Shown in pieces: positions 48,770 through 57,944 of a stretch of DNA of 64,000 nucleotides. The notes below the pieces were generated by a model. The model saw only the letters and a program-made list of their open reading frames with translations, made no database searches and was not told the origin of the DNA. Numbering within the stretch: the stretch's first letter is position 1; each line of letters opens with the position of its first letter. A program made the position numbers and the translations under genes. Source of the stretch: Deltaproteobacteria bacterium YD0425bin51 (GTDB taxonomy: Bacteria > Desulfobacterota > Desulfobacteria > Desulfobacterales > YD0425bin51); the NCBI GenBank assembly GCA_002753225.1, contig PDZS01000015.1, positions 27,223 to 91,222 of the forward strand, read 5' to 3'.

Positions 48770-48819
48770 ATTTTAAAAAAATAAAGCGAGCAAGGTAATT
48801 TTTTACCTTCCCGCTTTAT
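48770..48819 (-). terminator. Intrinsic terminator or attenuator between the lipase and foldase genes
   Basis: Hairpin ATAAAGCGAGCAAGG...ACCTTCCCGCTTTAT. On the minus-strand transcript it is followed by UUUUUUAAAAU. Confidence 0.5.
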
Positions 48820-48849
48820 CTTGTCTGTTTGATGTTTTAGTAAATTAAA

Positions 48850-49860
48850 TTATAAGCCTTTTGCTTTTAAATCTTTGACAATAGCTTCAAATTTATCTGG
48901 TGCGCTGAAGAAACCTGTAATTCCGTATGGTAAGCCTGTTGCATTGCAATGGTCAATTCCTGCTATTTGAGCCCATCCACCGTCATCTACTCCTCTATAA
49001 TTTGCCCATGTAGCGCTTTTAACACTAACAATACCATCACTATCTTGATGAGGACCGCCTTTATAACCTATTGTTTCTGCCAAACATTGAACCGGCATAG
49101 TTAAAGCCATCAATTGAATTAAGCCTATTTGAGGAACTGGCAAGCATAATAATTGTTTCATTTTATGAGTATAGCTTTGACAATAAACACCTGGGATACC
49201 ATTATTGCCGCCCATGCTTTGATATAAACTAGCAGCTCCATCTATAGACAAATCGAATCCATTTGCTTTAGAATCTCCATATACATCAGATTCTTCATTT
49301 CCAAATAGAGTTCCAAAACCTAATGTATAAGCAGCGTTGATTAATGTAGTAAGAGCGCTGTTAGTTCCATAATCTACAGCTAAAAGGGCATCTGCTACAG
49401 GTGAACCTTGGTTAGGTGAATCAATTTGTGTTAAACTTGCAATACGGGTTGATGGTAAAGACCATGTTTTAGTACCATATTTAGGACTTGTATAAGATTG
49501 ATTTAAGATAGCAAATCTTGTATATATTCCACCATGAGAATGCCCAATAATATTTACTTTACTATGCTTTGGCAAAACATTTGTATTTAAATAATTTGCA
49601 AATTGGTATGCTTTTGTGCCTGTTGCTGCCATTTTATCTACTTGAGCAATGTAAACTGTTGCACCTTTTGATCTTAATCTATCTGCAACTTTATTAAAAT
49701 ATTCTATATAACCAGGAATGTCATTCATTGCTATACCATGTGCTAGTACTATTGGATTTTGAGTTTGACAAGATGTATCAGTTTTAGTTCCTCCTGCAAT
49801 AGCTGTATATGGAATTAAAACAGCCACAAAAAATAGAATCATTATAAATAATTTTTTCAT
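48850..49860 (-). CDS. Secreted triacylglycerol lipase (family I.1/I.2-like alpha/beta hydrolase)
   Basis: Signal peptide MKKLFIMILFFVAVLIPYTAIA, NPIVLAHGI oxyanion region and the GHSHGG nucleophile elbow, like the Pseudomonas/Burkholderia lipases that need Lif. Start is chosen at ATG 49860; the track ORF extends to 49962. Confidence 0.7.
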   Translation of the reverse strand: MKKLFIMILFFVAVLIPYTAIAGGTKTDTSCQTQNPIVLAHGIAMNDIPGYIEYFNKVADRLRSKGATVYIAQVDKMAATGTKAYQFANYLNTNVLPKHSKVNIIGHSHGGIYTRFAILNQSYTSPKYGTKTWSLPSTRIASLTQIDSPNQGSPVADALLAVDYGTNSALTTLINAAYTLGFGTLFGNEESDVYGDSKANGFDLSIDGAASLYQSMGGNNGIPGVYCQSYTHKMKQLLCLPVPQIGLIQLMALTMPVQCLAETIGYKGGPHQDSDGIVSVKSATWANYRGVDDGGWAQIAGIDHCNATGLPYGITGFFSAPDKFEAIVKDLKAKGL

Positions 49861-50108
49861 AAGTTTGCTCCTTTCGTTAATAAATATGTTTTTTTTTAAA
49901 TTATTTTTTATAAAGCAAATAGTATGCCGTATATATGCTTGCAATAAAGTCAATAAACACAATAAACAAAAGGGTGCAACAAATATTACTAATGCAATAA
50001 AATTTGCATAGGTTTAAAAAATTATAATAATTCTTGATACGTAAGCTGATTTAATGTACTTTTTTACAAGTATATTAAAATTATAAATATTTAAGGAGAG
50101 TTGTTTTT

Positions 50109-51074
50109 ATGAAAACCAGATTTCATCTTGTTCATAATAATGATGGTTGGAAATTAGTTTTGAAACAAAATTTTGATCCCAATAATATAGTCAAAGGAAG
50201 GCGACCTGTTGTAATAATTCCAGGGTATGGGATGAATGCTTTTATATTTGGTTATCACCCTACTGGACTTTCAATGGAGGAGTATATAGTGTCTCAAGGT
50301 TTTGAGGTCTGGTCAGTGAATTTACGAAATCAAGGGGATGCTATTAGAGTAGATGGTGGGAGTAATTATACAATAGGAGATATCTCCTTAATAGATTTAC
50401 CACATGCTTTTGATTACATTATTGAAAATAATGAAACTGGAGCTGATTTGATAGATGGAATAGGTTGCAGTCTTGGCGGTACATATCTTTGTGTATATGC
50501 TGCTTTATGTGATGATCCTAAACTTGGTTCTCTTGTTTCAATGGGTGGGCCATTAAAATGGGTGGAAGTGCATCCTGCTTTAAAATTTGCCATGAGTTCT
50601 CCATGGCTGCTGGGTCTTATACCTCTTTGTGGAACTAGAGCTTTTGCTAAGATTGCTTTCCCAATGATTGCTAATTATGCGCCATCTTTGCTTAAAATAT
50701 ATATGCATCCTGAAATAGTTGATATATCTAAAAGTGCAGACTTAGTGCAGACTGTTGAGGACCCAAATCGATTTTTAAATCGTGAAATTGCCATCTGGGT
50801 TAAGAACAAAGACCTTTATGTTAAGGGACAAAATGTTACGGAGAAGCTTAAAAGATTTGTAAGTCCAATAATGTGCATGGTAGCTAATGCTGATGGAATT
50901 GTTCCTGAAAAAACAGTAACTTCAGCTCTTGAAGCCAGCGGTAGCAAGAATAAAAAGACAATTTATTGTGGAAATGAGTCAATAAAGCTTGCTCATGCAG
51001 ACATGTTTATAAGCGACTATGCCCATGAAATGGTATTTAAACCTTTGTGTGAATGGTTAAAATCTCAATATTAG
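50109..51074 (+). CDS. Alpha/beta-fold serine hydrolase (lipase/esterase-like)
   Basis: 321 aa with the GCSLGG nucleophile elbow. Divergent from the lipase gene. Confidence 0.6.
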   Translation: MKTRFHLVHNNDGWKLVLKQNFDPNNIVKGRRPVVIIPGYGMNAFIFGYHPTGLSMEEYIVSQGFEVWSVNLRNQGDAIRVDGGSNYTIGDISLIDLPHAFDYIIENNETGADLIDGIGCSLGGTYLCVYAALCDDPKLGSLVSMGGPLKWVEVHPALKFAMSSPWLLGLIPLCGTRAFAKIAFPMIANYAPSLLKIYMHPEIVDISKSADLVQTVEDPNRFLNREIAIWVKNKDLYVKGQNVTEKLKRFVSPIMCMVANADGIVPEKTVTSALEASGSKNKKTIYCGNESIKLAHADMFISDYAHEMVFKPLCEWLKSQY

Positions 51075-51096
51075 AAAGTAGAGGAGTAAATATATA

Positions 51097-53517
51097 ATGA
51101 CAACAGATACATCCCGTATAGGTGTTTATGTATGCCACTGCGGTTTAAATATAGCTCAGACAGTGGATTGTTCGGAAGTTAAAGAAAAAGCATCCAAATT
51201 AGAAGGAGTTGTTATATCAAAAGATATAGCTTACGCATGCTCAGAACCAGGTCAAAAAGAAATTAGAGATGACATATATAAAAACGAGTTAAATAGAATT
51301 GTTATAGCATCCTGTTCTCCTAGGCTACATGAGCCTACTTTCCGTAACATGATGGTTGATGCTGATCTAAATCCATATTTGCTGGATATGGCAAATATTC
51401 GTGAACAATGCAGTTGGGTTCATATGTCTGATAAAAGAGGAGCTACTGATAAAGCCATTGATCTTGTTAAAATGTCAGTGGGAAGAGTAAAAGAGCTTCA
51501 GCCTCTTTTTGAGGAAAGACTTTCTCTTACAAAAAGAAGTTTAGTCATTGGAGGAGGAATAGCTGGAATTCAGGCTGCTTTAGATCTTGCAGATAATGGT
51601 TATGAAGTTGTTTTAGTTGAAAAGAATGCATCCATTGGCGGAATTATGGCTAAATTAGATAAAACATTTCCAACAATGGATTGTTCCATCTGAATTTTAG
51701 GTCCTAAAATGACAGATGTCGGTCGACATCCTAAAATTAAACTTTTAACTCTTAGTGAAGTTGTTGATGTAAAAGGTTACGTTGGTAATTTTGAAGTAAA
51801 AATTTTAAAAAGACCAAGATATATAGAAGAAAAAGATTGCACATCATGCGGAGATTGCACTAAGGTATGCCCAGTTGTAAGACCAGATGAGTTCAATGTT
51901 GGATTATCTTCTAGGAAAGCAATATTTAAACCCTTCCCACAAGCTGTTCCTTCAGCGTATATTTTAAATATTTCTGAATGTCTTGGTCATAATCCTTCAG
52001 TCTGCGCTAAATGCCTTGAAGCTTGTGATAAAAAATGTATAAATTTTCATATGTCAGACAAAGAATTAGTTGAAAAGGTAGGTACAATTGTTGTTGCAAC
52101 AGGTGTTGAGCCTTATGATCCTAAAATTCTTGATGAATATGGATATACCCGTTTTGACAATGTTGTAACCAGCCTAGAATTTGAAAGATTAGTAAATGCC
52201 GGAGGTCCAAGCAAAGGGGATTTAATTCGTCCAACTGACATGAAAAGACCAAAATCAGTAGGTTTTATTCAATGTGTAGGATCTCGAGCTAAAAGGAAAG
52301 GAAAAGAGTACTGCTCTAATGTTTGCTGTATGAATACTATTAAAAGCACTCTTGTATTAAAAGAACATTTTGAAGATATTGAAATAAAAGTATTTTACAT
52401 TGATATCAGAGCGTTTGGAAAAGGTTTTGAAAATCTTTTTAAAAGAAGTAGAGAACTTGGAGTTCATTATTTGAGAGGACTTCCTGGAAGAGTTGAAGAA
52501 CTTGCGGATAAAAGTCTTCGCGTTGCAGTAGAAAATACAAGCACTGGAAAAATAGAATTTTATGATTTAGATATGCTTGTTTTAGCAATAGGATTAAACC
52601 CATCTAAAAGCACACAAAAAATTCAGGAAATGCTTGGTCTTCAACTTACTCCTGATGGTTTTTTCCTTGAAGCCCATCCCAAGCTTCAACCTGTAGATGC
52701 TGCAACTCGTGGTATCTTTTACGCAGGATGTGCTGAATCTCCTAAAGATATTAAAGATACTGTAACTCAAGCTTCAGCAGCTTCAAGCAGAGCTATAAGA
52801 ATTATGCATAAAGGAGAAATTTTAACTGAGCCAATTACGTCAGAAGTGATTGTTAATCTGTGCAAAGCATGTGGAAAATGCGCTGAAGTATGTCCCTATA
52901 ATGCTATTTCTGTAGATGTTAAGAAAAAAATATTAGCGAAAGTTAATTCAGCAGCATGTGCTGGATGTGGAACTTGTGCAGCAGAATGTCCTTTTGGTGC
53001 AATCCAAATGAATCATTTTAGCGATGTTCAGATTACAAATCAGATAGATGAACTCCTCTCTGATGACTCTGAGCAAAAAATATTAGCCTTTGCATGTAAT
53101 TGGTGTTCCTATGCTGGAGCAGATTATGCTGGAGTTTCAAGAGTTCAATATCCATCTAATGTCAGAATAATAAGAACAATGTGTTCAGGTCGTGTTAGTG
53201 AAGATTTTATATGGCGCGGATTTTTAAAAGGAGCGCCTGTTATATTAGTTAGTGGTTGCCACATTGGTGATTGCCATTATATCAATGCAAATCATTGGAC
53301 TGAGAAAAGAATAGAAAAAGTAAGAGCTAAAATGGAAAAAATGGGAATCAGACAAGATAGGCTCCAATTGGCATGGATTAGCGCAGCAGAAGGGATTTTA
53401 TTCGGAGAAGTTATGAATAAAATGGAGGTGTTAAGAAAAAGTGTTTCATCTAAGGAAATTGCAGAAACAATTGGTATTTTGACAAACAAACTTAAAAACA
53501 TAAGGACAAAAACATGA
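51097..53517 (+). CDS. hdrA: Heterodisulfide reductase subunit A-like flavoprotein fused to an MvhD-like domain; selenoprotein with in-frame UGA (Sec) at 51691..51693
   Basis: One continuous frame. GGGIAGIQAALDLA (FAD) ... KTFPTMDCSI-TGA-ILGPKMTDVGRHPK aligns with HdrA FPTNDCSMCILAPKLVEVGRHP, so the TGA sits at a conserved Cys. Two ferredoxin-type 4Fe-4S motifs (CxxCxxCxxxCP) follow, then a C-terminal MvhD-like domain (CNWCSY...CSGR...GCHIGDCHY). Confidence 0.8.
51694..51737 (+). promoter_or_regulatory. Bacterial SECIS-like stem-loop downstream of the hdrA UGA
   Basis: Apical hairpin GATGTC-GGUC-GACATC (51715..51730), whose GGUC loop matches the E. coli fdhF SECIS apical loop, begins 21 nt after the UGA. 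A lower stem AUUUUAGG (51694..51701) / CCUAAAAU (51730..51737) can enclose it. Confidence 0.6.
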
Positions 53518-53605
53518 AAATAAAAACAAATCTTAAAAGTGGCGGGCTTTTTAGTGAAGAAAATACAGGTTTATCATTATATGCAGCAGTAAGAGGGTAA
53601 GCAAA

Positions 53606-54757
53606 ATGATAGAACTTAGAAAATTTCTTGCTCCAGAATTTGTATTTGGGGAAGGAGCAATACATTTAGCAGGACAATATGCAAGAAATTTTAGCGCACA
53701 AAAAGTGTTAGTTGTAACTGATTCTGGTGTTATTCTCGCAGGATGGGCAGATAAAGTTACAAAATCATTAGAGAGTTCAGGGATTAACTATTCTATATAT
53801 CATAATGTTTCTCCAAATCCTAGGGCAGAAGAGGTGATGGAGGGAGCAGATTATTATCATAGCGAAGGATGTGATATCATAATTGCTGTTGGCGGCGGCA
53901 GTGCTATAGATTGTGCAAAAGGTATAGGTATTGTCAGCACAAATAAAAAAAATATTCTTGAATTTGAAGGTGTTGATAATGTAAGTATTCCAGGACCTCC
54001 TTTAATATGTATTCCAACCACATCAGGAACATCAGCAGATGTTTCACAATTCGACATAATTACAAACTCAAAAGATAAAATAAAAATTGCAATAATAAGT
54101 AAAGCAATGGTGCCTGATGTGGCACTTATTGATCCGTCTACTGCTTTAACTATGGATACTTATTTAACTGCATGTACAGGTATTGACGCCTTTGTTCATG
54201 CCATAGAAGCTTTTGTTTCAACTGCAAGTTCTCCTATTACAGATCTGCACGCCCTAGAAGCTATAAAATTGATTCATGAAAATCTTCTTAAAGTTATTAA
54301 TAATCCAAATGATATTATACTTCGCAGCAAAATTATGTTTGCAAGCCTTCAGGCAGGACTTGCATTTTCAAATGCAAGTCTTGGAGCAGTACATGCAATG
54401 GCACATAGTTTGGGTGGATATTTAGATCTTCCTCATGGTGAATGTAACAGCATTTTAATAGATCATGTAGTTGCTTTTAATTATAAAGAGGCAAATGATC
54501 GTTTTAATAAAATAGGTGATGTCTTAAAATTAGATTTAACTAGTATGACTTCTAAAGAAAAACAGAAAGCAGTACTAGAAGAAATTACCAGATTTAAAAT
54601 AGCTGCTGGTATTAGTTCTACACTTAGCAAAAAAGGAGTTTCAATTTCAGATATCCCTGAATTATCTAAAAAAGCATTATGCGATCCATGTATTGTTACA
54701 AATCCTAGACGTCCAAATAAGCGTGATATTGAGGTAATATATGAAGAAGCCATCTAA
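53606..54757 (+). CDS. Iron-containing (group III) alcohol dehydrogenase
   Basis: 383 aa. GGGSAIDCAKG motif and conserved His-rich metal site (HAMAHSLGG). Confidence 0.88.
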   Translation: MIELRKFLAPEFVFGEGAIHLAGQYARNFSAQKVLVVTDSGVILAGWADKVTKSLESSGINYSIYHNVSPNPRAEEVMEGADYYHSEGCDIIIAVGGGSAIDCAKGIGIVSTNKKNILEFEGVDNVSIPGPPLICIPTTSGTSADVSQFDIITNSKDKIKIAIISKAMVPDVALIDPSTALTMDTYLTACTGIDAFVHAIEAFVSTASSPITDLHALEAIKLIHENLLKVINNPNDIILRSKIMFASLQAGLAFSNASLGAVHAMAHSLGGYLDLPHGECNSILIDHVVAFNYKEANDRFNKIGDVLKLDLTSMTSKEKQKAVLEEITRFKIAAGISSTLSKKGVSISDIPELSKKALCDPCIVTNPRRPNKRDIEVIYEEAI

Positions 54758-56348
54758 TATTCATGATCAATGGAAAGATATGCGTAATCGCATTATTGGA
54801 TTTGGCGAAAAATCAATAAAAAAAAGCTATTACCCAGAATTACGAGAACAGCTTTTAGAGCTCACTGAGACAAAAGAAAAATATCGTCAGCTATTTGAAT
54901 ATGCAACAGATGCTATTTTTATCATTCAAAATCAATTTATTAAGTTTCCAAACCCTAAAACCCTTGAGCTTCTTGGTTATTCATCAGAAGAATTAGCAAA
55001 TACTGATTTTTTTAGCTTAATTAAGGAATCAGATATACCTTTAATTAAAGAATGGTGTCAAAAAAAACATGCAAATGATACAGAAAATAGCCCAATATCA
55101 TTTGTTATTTTACCTAAAAATAGAGAAAAATTATGGGTTGAACTAAATTCAGTAATAATAAATTGGGAAGGTAAACCTGCTCTCTTAAATTTTTTAAGAG
55201 ATATTACTGAGAAGAAAAGTCTTGAAACTCAACTTTTGCAGTCACAAAAGATGGAAAGTCTAGGGACTCTTGCAGGAGGTATTGCTCATGATTTTAACAA
55301 TCTTCTTATGGGAATACAGGGAACTTTATCCCTTACTTTGCTTGAGTCTAATATAACTGATAATATTTCCATTCAATTAAAAAAAATTGAGCAATATGTA
55401 AAACAAGCATCTGAGCTTACAAACCAATTATTAGGTTTTGCAAGAAAAGGAAAATATGAAGTTAAACCAGCTAATATTAATAATCTTGTAGAAAAAACCT
55501 CTATGCTCTTTGGCAGGACAAAAAAAGAAATTACCATAAATTCTCAATATCAAAAAGATGTATGGACAGTTGAAGTTGATATGTGCCAACTGGAGCAAGT
55601 TCTCCTTAATCTTTATATAAATGCTTGGCAGGCAATGCCAAATGGTGGGGAAATTCATCTTAAAACTAAAAATGTCGTTTTAAATAAAGACAATCTAAAA
55701 TCGATTTCTGTTACGCCTGGAAAATATGTAAATTTTTCTATTAGTGACACAGGTGTTGGAATAGATGAAAAAACAGTTCAAAGAATTTTTGAACCTTTTT
55801 TTACTACAAAAGAGATTGGGAGAGGAACTGGACTTGGTCTTGCGTCAGCTTATGGAATTATTAAAAATCATGGTGGATTTATCACAGTAAATAGTAAAAT
55901 TGGTGTTGGATCAACTTTTGATATATTTTTGCCAGCCTCAGATAAAAAACTTCCTATTGAGAATAGAACAGAAGAAGAAATAATAAAAGGGGATAAAACA
56001 GTTTTAATTATTGATGATGAGAAAATGGTACTGGATGTAATGCCTAAAATGTTAAATAAACTAGGCTATAAAACTCTAACTGCACAAAATGGTAAAGAGG
56101 CAATAGAGATTTATGAAAATAATATTAAAAAAATTGACATTGTTATTCTTGATATAATTATGCCAGAAATGAGCGGAGCAGATGTTTTTAAACATTTAAA
56201 GGAAATAGATCCAAATGTTAAAGTGCTTCTCTGCAGCGGATACAGTATTGAAGATGTAGCACCTCAATTACTTAATGAGGGGTGTAAAGGGTTTATAAAA
56301 AAACCTTTTAATATGATACAATTATCACATAAGTTAAAGGAGATTTAA
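54741..56348 (+). CDS. PAS-domain hybrid sensor histidine kinase with C-terminal receiver
   Basis: 535 aa. PAS, H-box GIAHDFNNLL, HATPase (DTGVGID, GTGLGLASA), REC (DIIMPEMSG). Start overlaps the ADH gene end. Confidence 0.85.
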   Translation: MKKPSNIHDQWKDMRNRIIGFGEKSIKKSYYPELREQLLELTETKEKYRQLFEYATDAIFIIQNQFIKFPNPKTLELLGYSSEELANTDFFSLIKESDIPLIKEWCQKKHANDTENSPISFVILPKNREKLWVELNSVIINWEGKPALLNFLRDITEKKSLETQLLQSQKMESLGTLAGGIAHDFNNLLMGIQGTLSLTLLESNITDNISIQLKKIEQYVKQASELTNQLLGFARKGKYEVKPANINNLVEKTSMLFGRTKKEITINSQYQKDVWTVEVDMCQLEQVLLNLYINAWQAMPNGGEIHLKTKNVVLNKDNLKSISVTPGKYVNFSISDTGVGIDEKTVQRIFEPFFTTKEIGRGTGLGLASAYGIIKNHGGFITVNSKIGVGSTFDIFLPASDKKLPIENRTEEEIIKGDKTVLIIDDEKMVLDVMPKMLNKLGYKTLTAQNGKEAIEIYENNIKKIDIVILDIIMPEMSGADVFKHLKEIDPNVKVLLCSGYSIEDVAPQLLNEGCKGFIKKPFNMIQLSHKLKEI

Positions 56349-56349
56349 T

Positions 56350-56943
56350 TTACCATTTTGAGTTATATATATCAAAAATCTGTTTTTTTGTATTTTCTAT
56401 GTGCGAACTATTATCTATTATAATGTTTGCTATCATTTTTTTTTCTTCTATAGGCATCTGTGATTTAATTCGAGATAGTGCCTCTTCTTTTGATATATCA
56501 TCCCTTTTCATTAGTCTTTCTAACTGAACCTCTTCATTAACATATACCAAAATTACATCAGGTATTCCTTTATGCATTCCACATTCAATTAAAAGAGGTA
56601 CATCCAATATAGCAATGCTTTCAGGTTTTGAATTTTTAAGTTTTTCTAATTGTTTTAGCATTTCCTGAAAAACATGTGGATGTACTATATTATTTAAGAT
56701 TTGCTTTTCTTTATGGTTATTAAAGATTATATTTCCAAGATATGTTCTATTAATTTCTCCATTTAAAAGCAGAACATTTTTTCCAAAGTGTTTAACAATA
56801 TCTTCCCATGCTGGTTTACCATATTTCACAACTTCGTGTGAAATTTTATCTGCATCTATAATAAATGCTCCTAATTCTTTAAATATAGATGAAACTGTTG
56901 ATTTTCCTGTTGCAATGCCTCCAGTAAGTCCTGCTATAATCAA
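56350..56943 (-). CDS. coaE: Dephospho-CoA kinase
   Basis: 197 aa. P-loop GLTGGIATGKST at the N-terminus, CoaE length. Confidence 0.85.
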   Translation of the reverse strand: MIIAGLTGGIATGKSTVSSIFKELGAFIIDADKISHEVVKYGKPAWEDIVKHFGKNVLLLNGEINRTYLGNIIFNNHKEKQILNNIVHPHVFQEMLKQLEKLKNSKPESIAILDVPLLIECGMHKGIPDVILVYVNEEVQLERLMKRDDISKEEALSRIKSQMPIEEKKMIANIIIDNSSHIENTKKQIFDIYNSKW

Positions 56944-57044
56944 ATTTAACCTCCTTGTTATAATAACTTCAATATTTTATACAATATTCTTGTTACTCTT
57001 GTATTATTAAAAAAAAATTATTACAATATGCAAATTAAATAATT

Positions 57045-57944
57045 ATGAACTATAAAATAAATCAACTTTCAAAAGAACTTTTTTTAATTACCCTTGTTCC
57101 AGACATTTCTGGCTTTGATGACTTTATTGGGGTTTTGCTTTACAAAAACGAAGTAACATTTTTAGTAGATGTTGGACCAGCATCTACTCATAGTTTACTT
57201 ATAAAAGCTCTTTTGGATTTAAAAATTGAAAATTTAGATTATATTTTTTTAACTCATATTCATCTGGATCATGCAGGCGCAACTCACGATATTTCGCTTC
57301 AATTTCCCAACACTCCTATAATTTGTCATTCTATAGGGATACCACATCTTATTGATCCTTCGCGTTTATGGGAAGGATCGGTTAAGACCTTAGGGGAACT
57401 TGCTCTATCCTACGGAAAAATTCTTCCAGTTCCTAAAGAGAGTTTAGTACCACATGATAAGTTTATCTCTGACATTATATTACCAATCCAAACGCCAGGT
57501 CATTCTGTGCATCATATTAGCTATAAAAAAGGAGACTATCTTTTTGCAGGGGAGCTAGGAGGAGTCTATTTGAAGATTTCTAATGATAAAGAATATCTAA
57601 GACCAGCAACGCCTCCCCGACTATTTTTGAACCAGTTTATAGAAAGTATAGATAAAGTTGTATCCCTAAAAGCTCAAAAAATATGTTATGGTCATTTTGG
57701 AATGTTAGATTGCGCAAGTTCAAATTTAAAAAAACAGAAAGAACAGCTTTTACTTTGGGAACGGATTATTTCTGATGAAATAAAAAAAAGAAAAGATGAT
57801 GATATTGTTTTATTATGTTTAAATCGTCTTTTAAAAGAAGATCCGTTTTTATCTAACTTTTGTCATCTTGATCATAAAAAACAAGATAGAGAAACATGGT
57901 TTCTAAAAAATAGTATAAAAGGATTTATTGAATATCTATGCTAA
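57045..57944 (+). CDS. MBL-fold metallo-hydrolase
   Basis: 299 aa with the THIHLDHAG (HxHxDH) motif. Confidence 0.75.
   Translation: MNYKINQLSKELFLITLVPDISGFDDFIGVLLYKNEVTFLVDVGPASTHSLLIKALLDLKIENLDYIFLTHIHLDHAGATHDISLQFPNTPIICHSIGIPHLIDPSRLWEGSVKTLGELALSYGKILPVPKESLVPHDKFISDIILPIQTPGHSVHHISYKKGDYLFAGELGGVYLKISNDKEYLRPATPPRLFLNQFIESIDKVVSLKAQKICYGHFGMLDCASSNLKKQKEQLLLWERIISDEIKKRKDDDIVLLCLNRLLKEDPFLSNFCHLDHKKQDRETWFLKNSIKGFIEYLC

Noticed and set aside
48850-49962. Longer lipase ORF starting at 49962 (MCLLTLLQAY...)
   Set aside because: The internal ATG at 49860 yields a canonical signal peptide (MKKLFIMILFFVAVLIPYTAIA) immediately before the mature lipase. The upstream 34 codons are not typical of secreted lipases.
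51097-51693. Treating 51097..51693 and 51709..53517 as two separate genes, or hdrA as a pseudogene with a premature stop
   Set aside because: Both ORFs are in the same frame and separated only by a TGA at a conserved Cys position, with a SECIS-like hairpin immediately downstream. A selenocysteine readthrough gene is the better explanation.
53518-53605. Weak AT-rich hairpin (TAAAAG-TGGCGGG-CTTTTA) after hdrA as a terminator
   Set aside because: The stem is only 6 bp of A/T pairs and is not followed by a U-tract, which is too weak to call.
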